Of a stretch of DNA of 64,000 nucleotides, positions 41,690 to 52,998 are shown piece by piece. The stretch's first letter is position 1; each line of letters begins with the position of its first letter. This DNA is from Candidatus Hydrogenedentota bacterium (GTDB lineage Bacteria > Hydrogenedentota > Hydrogenedentia > Hydrogenedentales > GCA-2746185): contig JAYGCN010000343.1 in NCBI GenBank assembly GCA_046583315.1, positions 1-64,000 of the forward strand. Direction: 5' to 3'. The position numbers were made by a program, and so were the translations under genes. The notes under the pieces are model-generated. The model was not told the origin of the DNA. It did not search any database and saw only the letters and a program-made list of their open reading frames with translations.

Positions 41690-43009
41690 CTATTTTTCAG
41701 CGATGCAATACAGGTTTTTCGCGCCTCTAAGATAAAGAACATCACCGATCACCACTGGCGAACCGTCCAGACCATCATCCAGCTGATTCGAGGCCAGAAT
41801 TTCAAAGGTGTCCGAATGTTTCACTACAATCGTGAGGCCCTTACGTCCGGGAATGTAGATGCGGTTCGCGACACCCACCGGCGACGCATACACCTGCCTG
41901 ATTCCTTCAAGTTTCCCGCGTTCGTAGATGGCTTCACCCGTGAGGGCGTTGAACGATGAAAGCGATCCGCTCAAACCGCGCGTGACATAGATCCGGTCAC
42001 CCCACAACAGTGGCGACGATACATAAGGCGTGTTCTTGTTGACCTGCCACACGACCGATTCGTCCGTGATTTCACCGGTGACACCCAGTTTTACCGCTTT
42101 CAATTGAGGACGCTGATAACCAGCAGACAGGTATACATTGCCATGGCCCACTACTGGCATCGGGATGGCCGAATCAAGCAATCCAGACATTTCCCAAAGC
42201 AACTCCCCATTCTTCGCGTTATAACCGCGAATGCCCAATTGACCCGCCGTGATGACCTGAAGCGTGCCATCAATCTCTTCCACCAACGGGGTTGCCCAGG
42301 TACTCTCTTCGTCGCGCGCCTTTTCCCAGAGAATCGAGCCATCGGCCTTGTTGTACGCAACAATTTTCGATTCGCCCTCGTGGTCCAGCGTTACAACTAT
42401 CGCGTCGCCCGCCAACACCGCCGAAGCACCTTCGCCGAATTCGTTGCTGATTGTCAATGGCATCGTCGGTTTGTCCCACTGTGAATTTCCGTCCATGTCA
42501 TAACAGTGGATGCCTTGCGAACCAAAACTGATCCACACGAATTCTCCGTCGGTCATTGCGGATTGTGGCGAATATGTGCTCGATACATGATGCCCTTCAT
42601 GCGGCACCGCTTCGGCCGCCGTACGTTCCCACAAAATTTCGCCCGTGTTACGATCCAGACACATCAGATTGAACTTGTACGCATTCGTTGGCTTAGGAGC
42701 CGGCTCACCACGCGGGCGGCGTCCTCTAGGTTTTTCAAGAGCCTCGCCAATGCGAACAGCCGTCGTCACGAAAATCTTGTCTCCCCACACGACCGGCGTT
42801 GAGTTGCCTTCGCCAGGAATCGCTACTTTCCAACGAATGTTTTCCGTTTCGCTCCAGGTGAGCGGTGGATTTCCCATTGCCGCCGCCAATCCATTTTGCG
42901 TCGGACCGCGCCATGAAGGCCAGTTCTCCGCATCGGCCATTCCGGTCAAGAACATTGTTATCGTGAGAAACGCTACCACACTACATTTATTCATGAAAGT
43001 TTCCTTCAT
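41690..43009 (-). CDS. Secreted PQQ-like beta-propeller protein
   Basis: NWPSWRGP, STPVVWGD, TWATP and YASPV. Confidence 0.85.
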   Translation of the reverse strand: MKETFMNKCSVVAFLTITMFLTGMADAENWPSWRGPTQNGLAAAMGNPPLTWSETENIRWKVAIPGEGNSTPVVWGDKIFVTTAVRIGEALEKPRGRRPRGEPAPKPTNAYKFNLMCLDRNTGEILWERTAAEAVPHEGHHVSSTYSPQSAMTDGEFVWISFGSQGIHCYDMDGNSQWDKPTMPLTISNEFGEGASAVLAGDAIVVTLDHEGESKIVAYNKADGSILWEKARDEESTWATPLVEEIDGTLQVITAGQLGIRGYNAKNGELLWEMSGLLDSAIPMPVVGHGNVYLSAGYQRPQLKAVKLGVTGEITDESVVWQVNKNTPYVSSPLLWGDRIYVTRGLSGSLSSFNALTGEAIYERGKLEGIRQVYASPVGVANRIYIPGRKGLTIVVKHSDTFEILASNQLDDGLDGSPVVIGDVLYLRGAKNLYCIAEK

Positions 43010-43082
43010 CGTGATCGCATCTTCAAACCATTGAATATACGAATTTCAAGAGGTACAAGGCAAATCTTCGCGACGTTGAACA

Positions 43083-43508
43083 CTACTTCTCCGGGTGGCG
43101 TCGAAGCAATTGCGTGGCACACGCCTTCGCCACCAATTTGCCGTTCGCATTGGTAAACGCTGCCTCAACATTCACGCACGACCGACCCCGGTGAATCACC
43201 GTCGCCTCGACCCGAAGCTTTTCAGATCCTGCTGGCCGGAAATAATCGATCCGGCAATTTGACGTAACAAAAATTTCATGGTCATCCAGCACCGTCATCG
43301 TCGCCATACCTACCATTTCATCCGCGACCGCCGACAGATAGCCGCCGAACACACTGCCATGCGGTTGAATCATTTTGTCGTCAATCGTCCATGAACTCCA
43401 GACGCGACCCTTCTCCCAGCCGTCGATATGAGGAATACAAAGGGTTTCGGTGCGCTGCGGGACAGGAGGATTGCCGCTGGCGATTCGGTCTAGCAATTCG
43501 TTCCACAT
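43083..43508 (-). CDS. PaaI-family thioesterase
   Basis: PHGSVFGG.....AD, DYFRP and A.V.HRG. Confidence 0.85.
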   Translation of the reverse strand: MWNELLDRIASGNPPVPQRTETLCIPHIDGWEKGRVWSSWTIDDKMIQPHGSVFGGYLSAVADEMVGMATMTVLDDHEIFVTSNCRIDYFRPAGSEKLRVEATVIHRGRSCVNVEAAFTNANGKLVAKACATQLLRRHPEK

Positions 43509-43626
43509 AGACACCGACGCGTTTTCTCCTCTGGATGCAACCTGCCTCACCAGTAACACGGCTCCTCCGTACAATACTCCATCAGGCACCCATTAACAAG
43601 AAGGCCTTCGAAAGCATCGAGAAATC

Positions 43627-44796
43627 CTACAGCGTTGTACTACATGCGCCCGTTGCGGCCGAAGATACGATAATTTCACTTTCGATTCCACTCTGCTCGT
43701 CATACGCCTCCCTAAGCAACACGCAAAAGGCATCAACACATTCCCGCGCAACGAGATTTATTGTGCAACCCCCGAAACCCGCTCCCGTCATGCGCGCGCC
43801 GTAACATCCTTCCAGCGACCTTGCAATGTCTGTCATGATTCGTAGCTCGTTACAGGAAACCTCATAGTCCGCGACAAGACTGACATCCGAGGCATTCATG
43901 AGTTCACCCAACTCGACCAGATTGCCATCGCGTAAAGCTCCACAGGCCTTCGATGTACGTTCGTTTTCAGAAATCACATGCCGGGCCCGGCGGAATTCGA
44001 CATCACCCAACGTATCTTTTGCCTCGTCAAGTTCCACTAACGTGAAATCCCGCAAGTGCGTGCCCGACGTGTTTAATGCGCCATTCAACCCAGCCACCGC
44101 GTGTTGGCACTCTGCGACCCGTTCGTTGTACTTCGAAGCCGTCAATTCTCTGCGCACCCCCGTATCCGCGATCACAAACAGCGCCTTCCCAAGGTTTGCC
44201 GGAATCGGCTGATGCTCCAGCGTGCGGCAATCAACGAATAATGCGTGACCCAATTTCCCCGCGCGAGAGATAAAGGGGTCCATAATCCCGCTACTCAACC
44301 CCAGATAGTAATTTTCCACCCGCTGACACAACTGCGCGGCAACCCTATCGGGCAACGTGAAATCACCCGTCGCCTCAAATAGACACAGCACGGCCATCTC
44401 AAGACTCGCCGAACTGCTCAATCCGCATCCCAGGGGAACGTCGCCGACAACCAGGATGTCAGCTCCGCTCAGTGATCGGCCCGTTTCTTGAAGCATGAGC
44501 GCCACGCCCGAAATATAGTCCAGCCAGGGGTGGTCTTCCGAGCGAGCGAGTCGTTTTAGATTAATCTCGGCACGCTGGTCCAAATCAGCTGCAAAAACAC
44601 TCAATATCGAATCATCCCGCACCGCCGACAGAACAAGCGTATCGCGATCGATCGCCATCGGCAACACAAAACCATGATTGTAGTCCGTATGTTCCCCGAT
44701 GATATTGACCCGGCCCGGCGCACGTCCCGCAACCTGTGCGGGGCGGCCGAAGCGTTGTTCGAAATCTTTTTTGGCCTGTTCAATATCAACACTCAT
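43627..44796 (-). CDS. galK: Galactokinase
   Basis: GRVNIIGEHTDYN, PLGCGLSSSA and GARMTGAGFGG. Confidence 0.95.
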   Translation of the reverse strand: MSVDIEQAKKDFEQRFGRPAQVAGRAPGRVNIIGEHTDYNHGFVLPMAIDRDTLVLSAVRDDSILSVFAADLDQRAEINLKRLARSEDHPWLDYISGVALMLQETGRSLSGADILVVGDVPLGCGLSSSASLEMAVLCLFEATGDFTLPDRVAAQLCQRVENYYLGLSSGIMDPFISRAGKLGHALFVDCRTLEHQPIPANLGKALFVIADTGVRRELTASKYNERVAECQHAVAGLNGALNTSGTHLRDFTLVELDEAKDTLGDVEFRRARHVISENERTSKACGALRDGNLVELGELMNASDVSLVADYEVSCNELRIMTDIARSLEGCYGARMTGAGFGGCTINLVARECVDAFCVLLREAYDEQSGIESEIIVSSAATGACSTTL

Positions 44797-44927
44797 GCAC
44801 GTGCCCGACGATTCCCGATTCGTTACCTGAAAATCCGAGTATAGCGTTTTCTGCCGCGGGCTTGCGATTCCCTGTCGGAATTGGTGTAATGGGAGGTCTG
44901 ACCAAAACCATGAGGAAAGGAATTATT

Positions 44928-45410
44928 ATGCCAGCCGAAAAATTTCCCATCGAGGCCGGACACATCATGTTGTTCTCCCGTGCCGTGGGTGATGCGAACC
45001 CGATTTACCATGATGCCGATCATGCCGCATCCACCGAAGTCGGCCATCAGATAGCACCGCCTACCTTCGTCCAGGCCAGTGCCCAATTCGACCCGAGCTA
45101 TTTTTTGCGCCCGAAAATCGGCGAACCCTGGTTCGGCTCCGGCAAGAATGCCACCGGAATAACCGATCCCGGCGACAAAGACATCTCCAGCGGACTGCAT
45201 GCCGAGCAACACTTCGAATACCATCGCCACATCAAACCCGGCGACGTGCTCAGCGCGACGACGAAAGCGGGGGAGACCTGGGAGAAACAAGGGCGCCGCG
45301 GCGGTAAGCTGATGTTTAGCGAAGGCATCACCGAGTACCGCGATCAGAACGGCGAACTCGTCATCACCGCACGCTCCGTTGGCGTCAAAACCGAAAAACC
45401 CGCATCCTGA
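44928..45410 (+). CDS. MaoC/FAS1-like dehydratase, N-terminal-type subunit
   Basis: FSRAVGD.NPIY, APPTF and LHAEQHFEY.R.I.PGD. Confidence 0.85.
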   Translation: MPAEKFPIEAGHIMLFSRAVGDANPIYHDADHAASTEVGHQIAPPTFVQASAQFDPSYFLRPKIGEPWFGSGKNATGITDPGDKDISSGLHAEQHFEYHRHIKPGDVLSATTKAGETWEKQGRRGGKLMFSEGITEYRDQNGELVITARSVGVKTEKPAS

Positions 45411-45433
45411 TTGCGATTCAGAGGAGAACAATT

Positions 45434-45856
45434 ATGCCCTTGCAAGCCAGTTCACTATCCGTCGGCGATACCTACGAAGAAGTCGTCGTCGACGATTTAA
45501 CACGGACCCAGCTCGTGCAATATGCCGGCGCGTCAGGAGACTACAATCCCCTGCACACCGACCATAAATACGCCACCGAAGTTGCCAACTACCCCGGCGT
45601 ATTCGCACACGGAATGTTATCCATGGGCCTGACCGGAAAAATGCTGACCAACTACGTCGGAGACGGTCGCCTGAAAAAATACGGTGTCCGATTCTCCAAA
45701 CAAGTCTGGCCCGGCGATACCTTGACCGCCACGGCTACCGTCGATGCCATTCGTGACGAAGACGGCGGGCCCGTAGTTGATTTATCCATCGTGACGGTGA
45801 ATCAGGATGGCGACACCGTCATCAAAGGCAGCGCCACGGCCCGCATCGACGCTTGA
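45434..45856 (+). CDS. MaoC-family (R)-hydratase
   Basis: YAGASGDYNPLH...FAHGM and VWPGD. Confidence 0.9.
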   Translation: MPLQASSLSVGDTYEEVVVDDLTRTQLVQYAGASGDYNPLHTDHKYATEVANYPGVFAHGMLSMGLTGKMLTNYVGDGRLKKYGVRFSKQVWPGDTLTATATVDAIRDEDGGPVVDLSIVTVNQDGDTVIKGSATARIDA

Positions 45857-45873
45857 ACGGTACTACAGCTTGA

Positions 45874-46662
45874 TTAACGTTCCTGAGCCAGTAACCATTC
45901 CACAGCGGCCTCGCTTTTTCCGTATGCCTTGTCCCAGGAGTTATGGTTGACGCCCGGATACTTCGTGAACTTCACCGATCCGCCTTCTTCGCGGATGGCA
46001 TTCACCATTTCTTCAGAACGCGCCACTGGTACCACCGAATCCGCTTCGCCATGCAGCACCCACATCGGCTTTGTCGCCAACTGCGCCGCACCCGCAACAT
46101 CGCCGCCGCCACAAATCGGCATGAACGCCGAGAAGCGGTCCGCGTGTTGGGCGCCGTACGAGAAGGTGCCAAATCCGCCCATCGAAAGACCCGTCAACGA
46201 CACGCGGTCCTCATCAATCGAATAACGGCTCAGGATCTGCTCAATTCCATCCGTAATGTGCGCGTGACCTGATTCGTCCCCGCCTCGTCCAGGAATGGCG
46301 CTCCACCAATCTCCCGCCGGGCATTGTGGCATAAATACAAGACACTGGAAGCGATCAGGATTCTGGCGTATCGCCGTGCCTATACCCACTTGCGACTGTC
46401 GCACACCATCATCGCCCCGTTCACCGGCGCCGTGCAAGAATACAATTAACGGATACTCTCTTGAGGGATTATAATCGGCAGGAACGTACAATACCGCCGG
46501 GCGGTTTTCGCCAGCAGCGCGGGTTTCCATATCCAGAAAGCCCGTCGCACGATTAGAGGCATGAATTCTATCGTCCACCTCAAGATTATCCACCCGAACG
46601 CTGATGCAGCCAGTCAGCAATACGCCGATCAATGCGACACATCCGAAACGCAAAAAAGCCAT
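45874..46662 (-). CDS. Lipoprotein alpha/beta hydrolase (esterase/peptidase)
   Basis: LTGC lipobox, FLHGAGERG, GLSMGG, HGEADSVV and HNSW. Confidence 0.85.
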   Translation of the reverse strand: MAFLRFGCVALIGVLLTGCISVRVDNLEVDDRIHASNRATGFLDMETRAAGENRPAVLYVPADYNPSREYPLIVFLHGAGERGDDGVRQSQVGIGTAIRQNPDRFQCLVFMPQCPAGDWWSAIPGRGGDESGHAHITDGIEQILSRYSIDEDRVSLTGLSMGGFGTFSYGAQHADRFSAFMPICGGGDVAGAAQLATKPMWVLHGEADSVVPVARSEEMVNAIREEGGSVKFTKYPGVNHNSWDKAYGKSEAAVEWLLAQER

Positions 46663-46756
46663 GATAGTTCTCCTCATTGAATATCGATTATGACAGGGAA
46701 TCAGTCTACCGTGTTCCTGCAAGCAGACGCAATTTGGTCAGGATTATTCACTCTTT

Positions 46757-48103
46757 CTAAAAGAATGTATCCCCCGAATCGGGCATGTCGAGCAACAAAC
46801 CCATGACATCGTTCTCAGACAGACCCAAAGCGTTCATGCTCGCCATACATTCGGACAGGTTCACTTCGCGGTCTTCACGCCTCGGATCGGCAGACGCGGC
46901 CACAACATCGGCCACATGAATCAGATGCACTGTCATGCGATGATCCTCCGTGGCGAATTCTGGCGAATGATGAAATCGAATCGCCTCAGCCAGGTTTGTC
47001 GGGAAATTCCAGTGCAGCGCGAGCTGATAACCAACTTCCGTATGCGTAATGCCCAGTCTCCCCTCCTCGGCCTGAATTAATTCTTCACCATTCAGCCCCT
47101 GCGGAATCAACGCGTAATGATCCGGAATAATATGGGCCAACGCGATCCGACCGAGATCGTGAAGCAAGCCCGCCGAAACGATTCCCGATCCACGTACACC
47201 GGAAATCTTGGCCAATTCACGCGATATGCCCGCGCAGGTCGTCGCCTGCATCCAGAAGCGGACATAGTCAAAACGTTGACTATGGCGCAATACATCAATT
47301 ACGGCCGACGTAACGACAATGGAATAAGTGTCCAGTAAACCCAGTAGCGACACCGCCCGATCCACACTGTCAATCGATTGCACAAAACCATAAGCCGGAC
47401 TGTTCGCCACCTTCAACATCTTCGCCGCAATGGCCGGATCCCGTTCAATCACCGCGCCAAGTTCTGCCGCCGTACCTGTGTCATCAAAGAGCATCTCCCG
47501 AACCCGTTGCACCGTACCCGGGAGTGCCGGCAACGAATCCAGATGCCGCAACATCGTCACCGCCGTCGCCAATTTCATCGTGCCTGCGAGCTGCTCCGGC
47601 GTGGCCGGCGTACCCGGCGTACCGTAATGGCGATGCAAGCACGGAAGCAAGTCATCGGCGCAGCAAATGAACGGATGAATGACCAGACCCGTTGCAATCT
47701 CCAGTGCATCGATCGTAGCCATGTCCAGTGGACACACCATCGCCAACATCAATTCGTTTCCGTCTTTATCGATAGGCACCACTTCGTGCTGCAACGCGAA
47801 ATCACGGGATACCAGAGCAATGACCTCAGGCTCGATATCGAATTGCTCCAATTCTTCGATAGAAGGATACGCGCTCGTCGAGGTGAGAAAATTCACGAAC
47901 TGTTGTGCATCGATTGCACCCAAGGCCATCAATATATTGACGATTCGTTCCCCGGAATTTTCCTGAAGCTTGAGTGCTTCGTCGAGTTGATCCACCGTAA
48001 TCAACCTCGCCTCCCAAAGTAACTGACCTATCAGCAGTTCTGGTTCTTCCGACTCTTCTGGCTCACGCTGCATTTGGTACCCCCCAAAGTCGTTCCGTGA
48101 CAT
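46757..48103 (-). CDS. MshEN/T2SSE_N plus HDOD domain protein
   Basis: IGQLL....LIT..QL..AL..Q N-terminus; HDOD motifs LPALP, DPAIAAKMLKVANS, GLLHDLG and AIRFHH. Confidence 0.85.
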   Translation of the reverse strand: MSRNDFGGYQMQREPEESEEPELLIGQLLWEARLITVDQLDEALKLQENSGERIVNILMALGAIDAQQFVNFLTSTSAYPSIEELEQFDIEPEVIALVSRDFALQHEVVPIDKDGNELMLAMVCPLDMATIDALEIATGLVIHPFICCADDLLPCLHRHYGTPGTPATPEQLAGTMKLATAVTMLRHLDSLPALPGTVQRVREMLFDDTGTAAELGAVIERDPAIAAKMLKVANSPAYGFVQSIDSVDRAVSLLGLLDTYSIVVTSAVIDVLRHSQRFDYVRFWMQATTCAGISRELAKISGVRGSGIVSAGLLHDLGRIALAHIIPDHYALIPQGLNGEELIQAEEGRLGITHTEVGYQLALHWNFPTNLAEAIRFHHSPEFATEDHRMTVHLIHVADVVAASADPRREDREVNLSECMASMNALGLSENDVMGLLLDMPDSGDTFF

Positions 48104-48155
48104 CAGCTGTTGCGCCGATACACGGAGTATAGCACTTGCGAAGGCCGAATTCCCC

Positions 48156-48977
48156 CTAGCTCAGCCAGCTCCAAAGGCGAGTCACCAGTTGAATATTGAA
48201 CAACAATTGAATCCCCGCCAACAGCGTCAAAACCATAATAACGCGATTGAAAACCGATTCCGACACATGCGTCAACAGCCACTTCCCCATATACGAACCC
48301 ACCGGAATCAGCGGGACCAGATACAAATCAAAAAGCAGCACATCGCTGCGCAACATGCCGATAGCACCGTAAAAAGGCAGTTTCGTAAGATTCAACAACA
48401 TGAATGTCCAGGCCATCGTGCCCACAAACAAGCGTTTGCCCATGCCCTGCGAAAAAAGATACAGGCTCACGATCGGACCCGCCGCATGCGCCAGCGTCGT
48501 CGTGATGCCACCCATGACTCCCGCAACCAATGCCCACACCGACCCGGCACGATGTTCGGATGCCCACTTCAGCGAAGACTCCCGCGCGATAATGTACAAT
48601 CCAAAAACGATGGCGATCACACCCACGAATCGCTTCAGGCCGACCGCATATACCTCGACACCTGCCTGCCCGATACGCCACCACATGAAACTGCCAATCG
48701 CAATACCAATGATCGCCGGAAAGTACACCGCGAATACTTGACGCCACACGACATTCAAGCGGTGATGGTAAATCGCGTTGATGTCGCACAATACCAGCAA
48801 CGGCAACATCGTCGCCGCGACTTTATCCACCGGCATCACCGTCATCATCAAGGGAAGCGACAAAATCGCCGCGCCCGACATGCCCGATTTGCTGATACCC
48901 AGAATGATGATCGCCAGACCCGTGAACAGCCAGAACAGTGGAACCGGGATGCCTGGCAGGATAAAGGATTCAATCAT
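48156..48977 (-). CDS. TauE/SafE-family membrane transporter
   Basis: GISKSG, LPLL..CD, AHAAGP and N.TKLPFY; about 8 TM helices. Confidence 0.85.
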   Translation of the reverse strand: MIESFILPGIPVPLFWLFTGLAIIILGISKSGMSGAAILSLPLMMTVMPVDKVAATMLPLLVLCDINAIYHHRLNVVWRQVFAVYFPAIIGIAIGSFMWWRIGQAGVEVYAVGLKRFVGVIAIVFGLYIIARESSLKWASEHRAGSVWALVAGVMGGITTTLAHAAGPIVSLYLFSQGMGKRLFVGTMAWTFMLLNLTKLPFYGAIGMLRSDVLLFDLYLVPLIPVGSYMGKWLLTHVSESVFNRVIMVLTLLAGIQLLFNIQLVTRLWSWLS

Positions 48978-48981
48978 TCGA

Positions 48982-50310
48982 TTAGGCTTTGTGTATCTTG
49001 CCCTGTGGATCGGCGATTCCATGTGTCGCGTTGCGCGTATCCACAATCAAAGGCGCATGTTTGACGATGAGTTCATAATCAAAATCCGAGTGATCCGCGG
49101 CAATCAATACTGCATCCACAGCCGACAAGGATTCCGGCGTTAATGCAACCGAATCCAACTCCAAATCATATCGGCGTTGCACGGGAAACGACGGAATCAA
49201 GGGATCGCTATACGACACATCGGCACCTTTCGCCAACAAGTTCGCCAACAGTGTGATGCCCGGCGATTCACGCGGGTCCGCCACATCCTTCTTGTAGGCG
49301 ATGCCCAAAACCACCACCCGCGCACCCGAAAGCGATTTCCCCTGCGTTTCCAGTGCCTCTTCCAGCCCGGCGATCACATAATCCGGCATTGCCGTATTCA
49401 CTTCACCCGCCAACTCGATAAAACGACTCGTGACCCCGTGCTGTTTCGCTTTCCAGGTCAAATAAAAGGGATCAATCGGAATGCAGTGGCCCCCGAGACC
49501 CGGTCCCGGATAAAACGGCATAAAACCGAAAGGCTTTGACTTCGCCGCTTCGATTACTTCCCACACATCGATGCCCATTTTCGAGTACACCATCTTCAAT
49601 TCATTCACCAACGCGATGTTCACACTGCGAAAAATATTCTCCAGCAGTTTTACCGCCTCCGCCGTCTCTGTGTTCGACACGCGCACCGTGCTCACCACGA
49701 TCTGGCTATACAACGCGTCCGCCGCATCCAGCGATGCCGCATCCGTACCGCCGACGACCTTGGGGATTTTGCTCGTCGAAAATGTCGGATTACCCGGGTC
49801 CTCGCGCTCAGGCGAATACGCCAACAAGAAATCGACCCCGGCTTTCAACCCGCCCGTTTCCAAAATAACGCGCAATACTTCCTTGGTCGTGCCGGGATAG
49901 GTCGTCGATTCCAGGATGATTAACTGCCCCTCGCGAACATGCGGCGCGATGGCCTTCGCGGTAGCCTCGATATAACTCAAATCCGGCTCGTGATTGTCCG
50001 CCAGCGGCGTCGGTACACAAATCAGAATCGCATCCGCCTCGGACGCACGCGAAAAATCACTCGTGGCTTCCAGCAGGCCACCCTTTGCGATGACACTTAC
50101 TTCTTCGGAGGGAATGTGGTGGATGTAGCTCTCGCCGCGGTTCAAGCGCTCAATCTTGTCCGTATCAATATCGAAGCCGACCACACGAAAATCATTGCGG
50201 CAAAACTCCATCACCAAAGGAAGGCCTACGTAACCAAGCCCGATTACCCCTACAACCGCCTCTTTCGACTTAAATTTCTCTATTAATTTCTGCGCGTCCA
50301 ACGAATTCAT
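48982..50310 (-). CDS. Nucleotide-sugar dehydrogenase (UDP-GlcNAc/ManNAc 6-dehydrogenase family)
   Basis: GLGYVGLP, CVPTP, ESTTYPGTT, SPER, GGHCIP.DP and D.RESP. Confidence 0.92.
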   Translation of the reverse strand: MNSLDAQKLIEKFKSKEAVVGVIGLGYVGLPLVMEFCRNDFRVVGFDIDTDKIERLNRGESYIHHIPSEEVSVIAKGGLLEATSDFSRASEADAILICVPTPLADNHEPDLSYIEATAKAIAPHVREGQLIILESTTYPGTTKEVLRVILETGGLKAGVDFLLAYSPEREDPGNPTFSTSKIPKVVGGTDAASLDAADALYSQIVVSTVRVSNTETAEAVKLLENIFRSVNIALVNELKMVYSKMGIDVWEVIEAAKSKPFGFMPFYPGPGLGGHCIPIDPFYLTWKAKQHGVTSRFIELAGEVNTAMPDYVIAGLEEALETQGKSLSGARVVVLGIAYKKDVADPRESPGITLLANLLAKGADVSYSDPLIPSFPVQRRYDLELDSVALTPESLSAVDAVLIAADHSDFDYELIVKHAPLIVDTRNATHGIADPQGKIHKA

Positions 50311-50477
50311 CCCCTGTCTCAAGTTAAGACCGATATGATACCTGTTTCGCCCCGATGATTCCCACAGCCGTATATCCCCAACATTGGGAAGTGACATCGG
50401 ATTCGCGTTCCAGTATACTACTCGTTTTCCAAGAATAACGATCCATAAACTGGACGCAAATAGAAGGAACATGAGCC

Positions 50478-50972
50478 GTGGGCGACACAAACGAAATTAA
50501 AGTAGTGATGATAATGGGCAGCAAATCCGACTGGGACGTGATGAAAGCCGGTTCAGACATTCTGAACGACTTCGACATTCCCCACGAATGCAGAGTGCTC
50601 TCCGCCCACCGCACGCCCGGCGAACTCGTCGAATACCTCAAAGATGTCGAAGCCCGTGGCTGTCAAGTGTTTATCGGCGGCGCAGGCGGTGCCGCACACC
50701 TTGCTGGAGTCATTGCTTCGAAAACGGTACGTCCGGTGCTCGGCGTGCCCATGACCAGCGCGCTCAACGGACTCGACTCATTACTTTCCACCGCACAGAT
50801 GCCCGGCGGCATTCCAGTAGGGACTCTCGCAATCGGGAAAGCCGGTGCACAAAACGCCGCGCTGCTCGCCATTTCCATTCTGGGTACTTCAGACGAAAGC
50901 CAACTCGAAAAAATCCGCGCCTACCGGAAGAAGCGCGCCGACGCGATACTCGCAGAAGACCTGCTGACCTAG
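50478..50972 (+). CDS. purE: N5-carboxyaminoimidazole ribonucleotide mutase
   Basis: MGSKSD, SAHRTP, AG.AAHLAG and QMPGGIPV. Confidence 0.96.
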   Translation: MGDTNEIKVVMIMGSKSDWDVMKAGSDILNDFDIPHECRVLSAHRTPGELVEYLKDVEARGCQVFIGGAGGAAHLAGVIASKTVRPVLGVPMTSALNGLDSLLSTAQMPGGIPVGTLAIGKAGAQNAALLAISILGTSDESQLEKIRAYRKKRADAILAEDLLT

Positions 50973-52363
50973 TCCGATGGACCAATCATCTTCGACGGGT
51001 CAACGGCCTCATGGAATTCTTCTTCCGTGAGCAGTCCGGAATTCAGCACTTCTTCCAATAACGTCGTGCCGTTGTTGTACGCCGTCTTCGCAATTTTCGC
51101 GGCGTTGTCATAACCGATTTTACTGTTCAACGCCGTCACCAGCATCAGCGACTTGTGCAGCAACTCGTCGATACGCTCCTGATTCGGCTCAATGCCCACC
51201 GCGCAATGGTCATTAAAACTTTGTGCCGCATCGCCCAGCAGTCGAATCGATTGCAACACGTTATACATGATTACCGGCTTGAACACGTTCAACTCAAAAT
51301 GGCCCGTAGCCCCCGCGATATTCACGGTCGCGTCATTGCCCATCACCTGCGCCGCCACCATCGTCGTCGCTTCGCACTGGGTCGGATTGACCTTGCCCGG
51401 CATAATCGAAGACCCCGGCTCGTTCGCAGGGATGATGATTTCGCCCAAACCACAACGGGGTCCACTCGCCAGGAAACGGATGTCGTTCGCGATTTTCATC
51501 AGACTCGCCGCGACCGTCTTCAGTGCGCCGTGCGTCATCACCATCGCGTCATGCGCGGCAAGGGCTTCAAATTTATTCGGTGCCGTCGTGAAGGGAAGCC
51601 CAGTCAATTCAGCAATTTTCGCCGCGACCTGCACGTCATAGCCCTTTTTCGTATTCAGTCCCGTGCCCACCGCCGTGCCGCCCAGCGCCAATTCGCCTAG
51701 CTTTTCCAGTGTTGACTCAATGCGTTCGATACCATTCGTCAACTGTTGCGCATAACCTGAGAATTCCTGGCCCAGCGTCAACGGGGTCGCGTCCATCAGG
51801 TGCGTACGCCCGATCTTAATGATGTCCTGAAATGCCTCTGCCTTATCAGCCAAGGTATCTCGCAATAGCGTGAGCTTCGGGATCAAATGGTGATGAATCT
51901 GCTCCACCGCTGCAATACTCATGCCCGTTGGGAAAGTATCGTTCGACGATTGCGACATGTTCACGTGATCGTTCGGATGCACGGGCGTTTTGCTGCCCAG
52001 TTCACCACCCAGAATCTCAATCGCGCGATTCGAAATCACCTCGTTCGAGTTCATGTTCGTCTGCGTGCCGCTACCCGTCTGCCACACCACCAACGGAAAA
52101 TGGTCGTCCAGTTTCCCCTCGATGACTTCATCCGCTGCCTGCACGATTGCGTTTAAAATGTCTTCGTCCATCAGGCCCAGCGCATGATTCGTCAGTGCCG
52201 CCGACTTCTTCAGAATACCCAACGCCCGAATCGTTTCCCGCGGCATACGCTCTGTGCCAATCTTGAAATTCTCCAGCGAGCGCGCAGTCTGGCAGCCATA
52301 GTATCGATCCGACGGGACCTTCATCTCGCCCATCGTATCGGTTTCAATGCGGTATTCCATCAA
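50969..52363 (-). CDS. fumC: Fumarate hydratase class II
   Basis: [29 protein letters not shown] and [15 protein letters not shown]. Confidence 0.97.
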   Translation of the reverse strand: MMEYRIETDTMGEMKVPSDRYYGCQTARSLENFKIGTERMPRETIRALGILKKSAALTNHALGLMDEDILNAIVQAADEVIEGKLDDHFPLVVWQTGSGTQTNMNSNEVISNRAIEILGGELGSKTPVHPNDHVNMSQSSNDTFPTGMSIAAVEQIHHHLIPKLTLLRDTLADKAEAFQDIIKIGRTHLMDATPLTLGQEFSGYAQQLTNGIERIESTLEKLGELALGGTAVGTGLNTKKGYDVQVAAKIAELTGLPFTTAPNKFEALAAHDAMVMTHGALKTVAASLMKIANDIRFLASGPRCGLGEIIIPANEPGSSIMPGKVNPTQCEATTMVAAQVMGNDATVNIAGATGHFELNVFKPVIMYNVLQSIRLLGDAAQSFNDHCAVGIEPNQERIDELLHKSLMLVTALNSKIGYDNAAKIAKTAYNNGTTLLEEVLNSGLLTEEEFHEAVDPSKMIGPSD

Positions 52364-52395
52364 GTGGTACTCCTGTCGTGCTGTATTCGTTTCGT

Positions 52396-52662
52396 TTAGA
52401 TGCCGAGTCGAGCCAGCGCATCAATGACGCGGCCGATGGATTGAGTCAATTCCGGATGGTCCTCTTCAAAATCCTGCTTGGCTTCATTGAGGCGGTCAAT
52501 CAACCCGTGAGGCTCCTCCGCGCTGTCGTCAGATCCGGCAATAGCCTGAATGTCGTCGACGACCGTACCCAATAACGATTTCGCATCATCGTCCAGCGAT
52601 TCCGTTTTCGACAACTCATCGTGGAGCTTCTGTAGCAATTCCTTGAGATGTTCCTGCGTCAT
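52396..52662 (-). CDS. Small helical protein (DUF4404-like)
   Basis: L..LH.EL...FE..HP.L........LA.LGI pattern. Confidence 0.7.
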   Translation of the reverse strand: MTQEHLKELLQKLHDELSKTESLDDDAKSLLGTVVDDIQAIAGSDDSAEEPHGLIDRLNEAKQDFEEDHPELTQSIGRVIDALARLGI

Positions 52663-52698
52663 ACTGGTTTCCCTTTTGTTAACCCGAAGGAGCTGAGA

Positions 52699-52893
52699 TC
52701 AGGTCGAATCCGATTCGCATTCCCCGCGTTGGCGCACCGGACACGTCGCGCAATTCAGCAATTCCCCATCGGCATCCCAGATTTCTTCGCCGCCGCACGA
52801 TCCGCGCAGGCACTTTCCCTGAAAGATAGCGCCCACAGACATAATCAGCACAACAACGCCGAATACAACCATTGTGAGAACGAGGATTTCCAT
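52699..52893 (-). CDS. NqrM-like small membrane protein
   Basis: TM helix, MSVG.IF....GSCGG and further Cys residues (C..C...C). Confidence 0.7.
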   Translation of the reverse strand: MEILVLTMVVFGVVVLIMSVGAIFQGKCLRGSCGGEEIWDADGELLNCATCPVRQRGECESDST

Positions 52894-52998
52894 GTGTCTA
52901 GTATACCCTTTCTCGTCAAGCCTTTCCCAGCGGGATTGAAATCAGGGACGCCGATACCGTAGCGTGGATATTCCGAAACACACGAGGAGACCAACACC

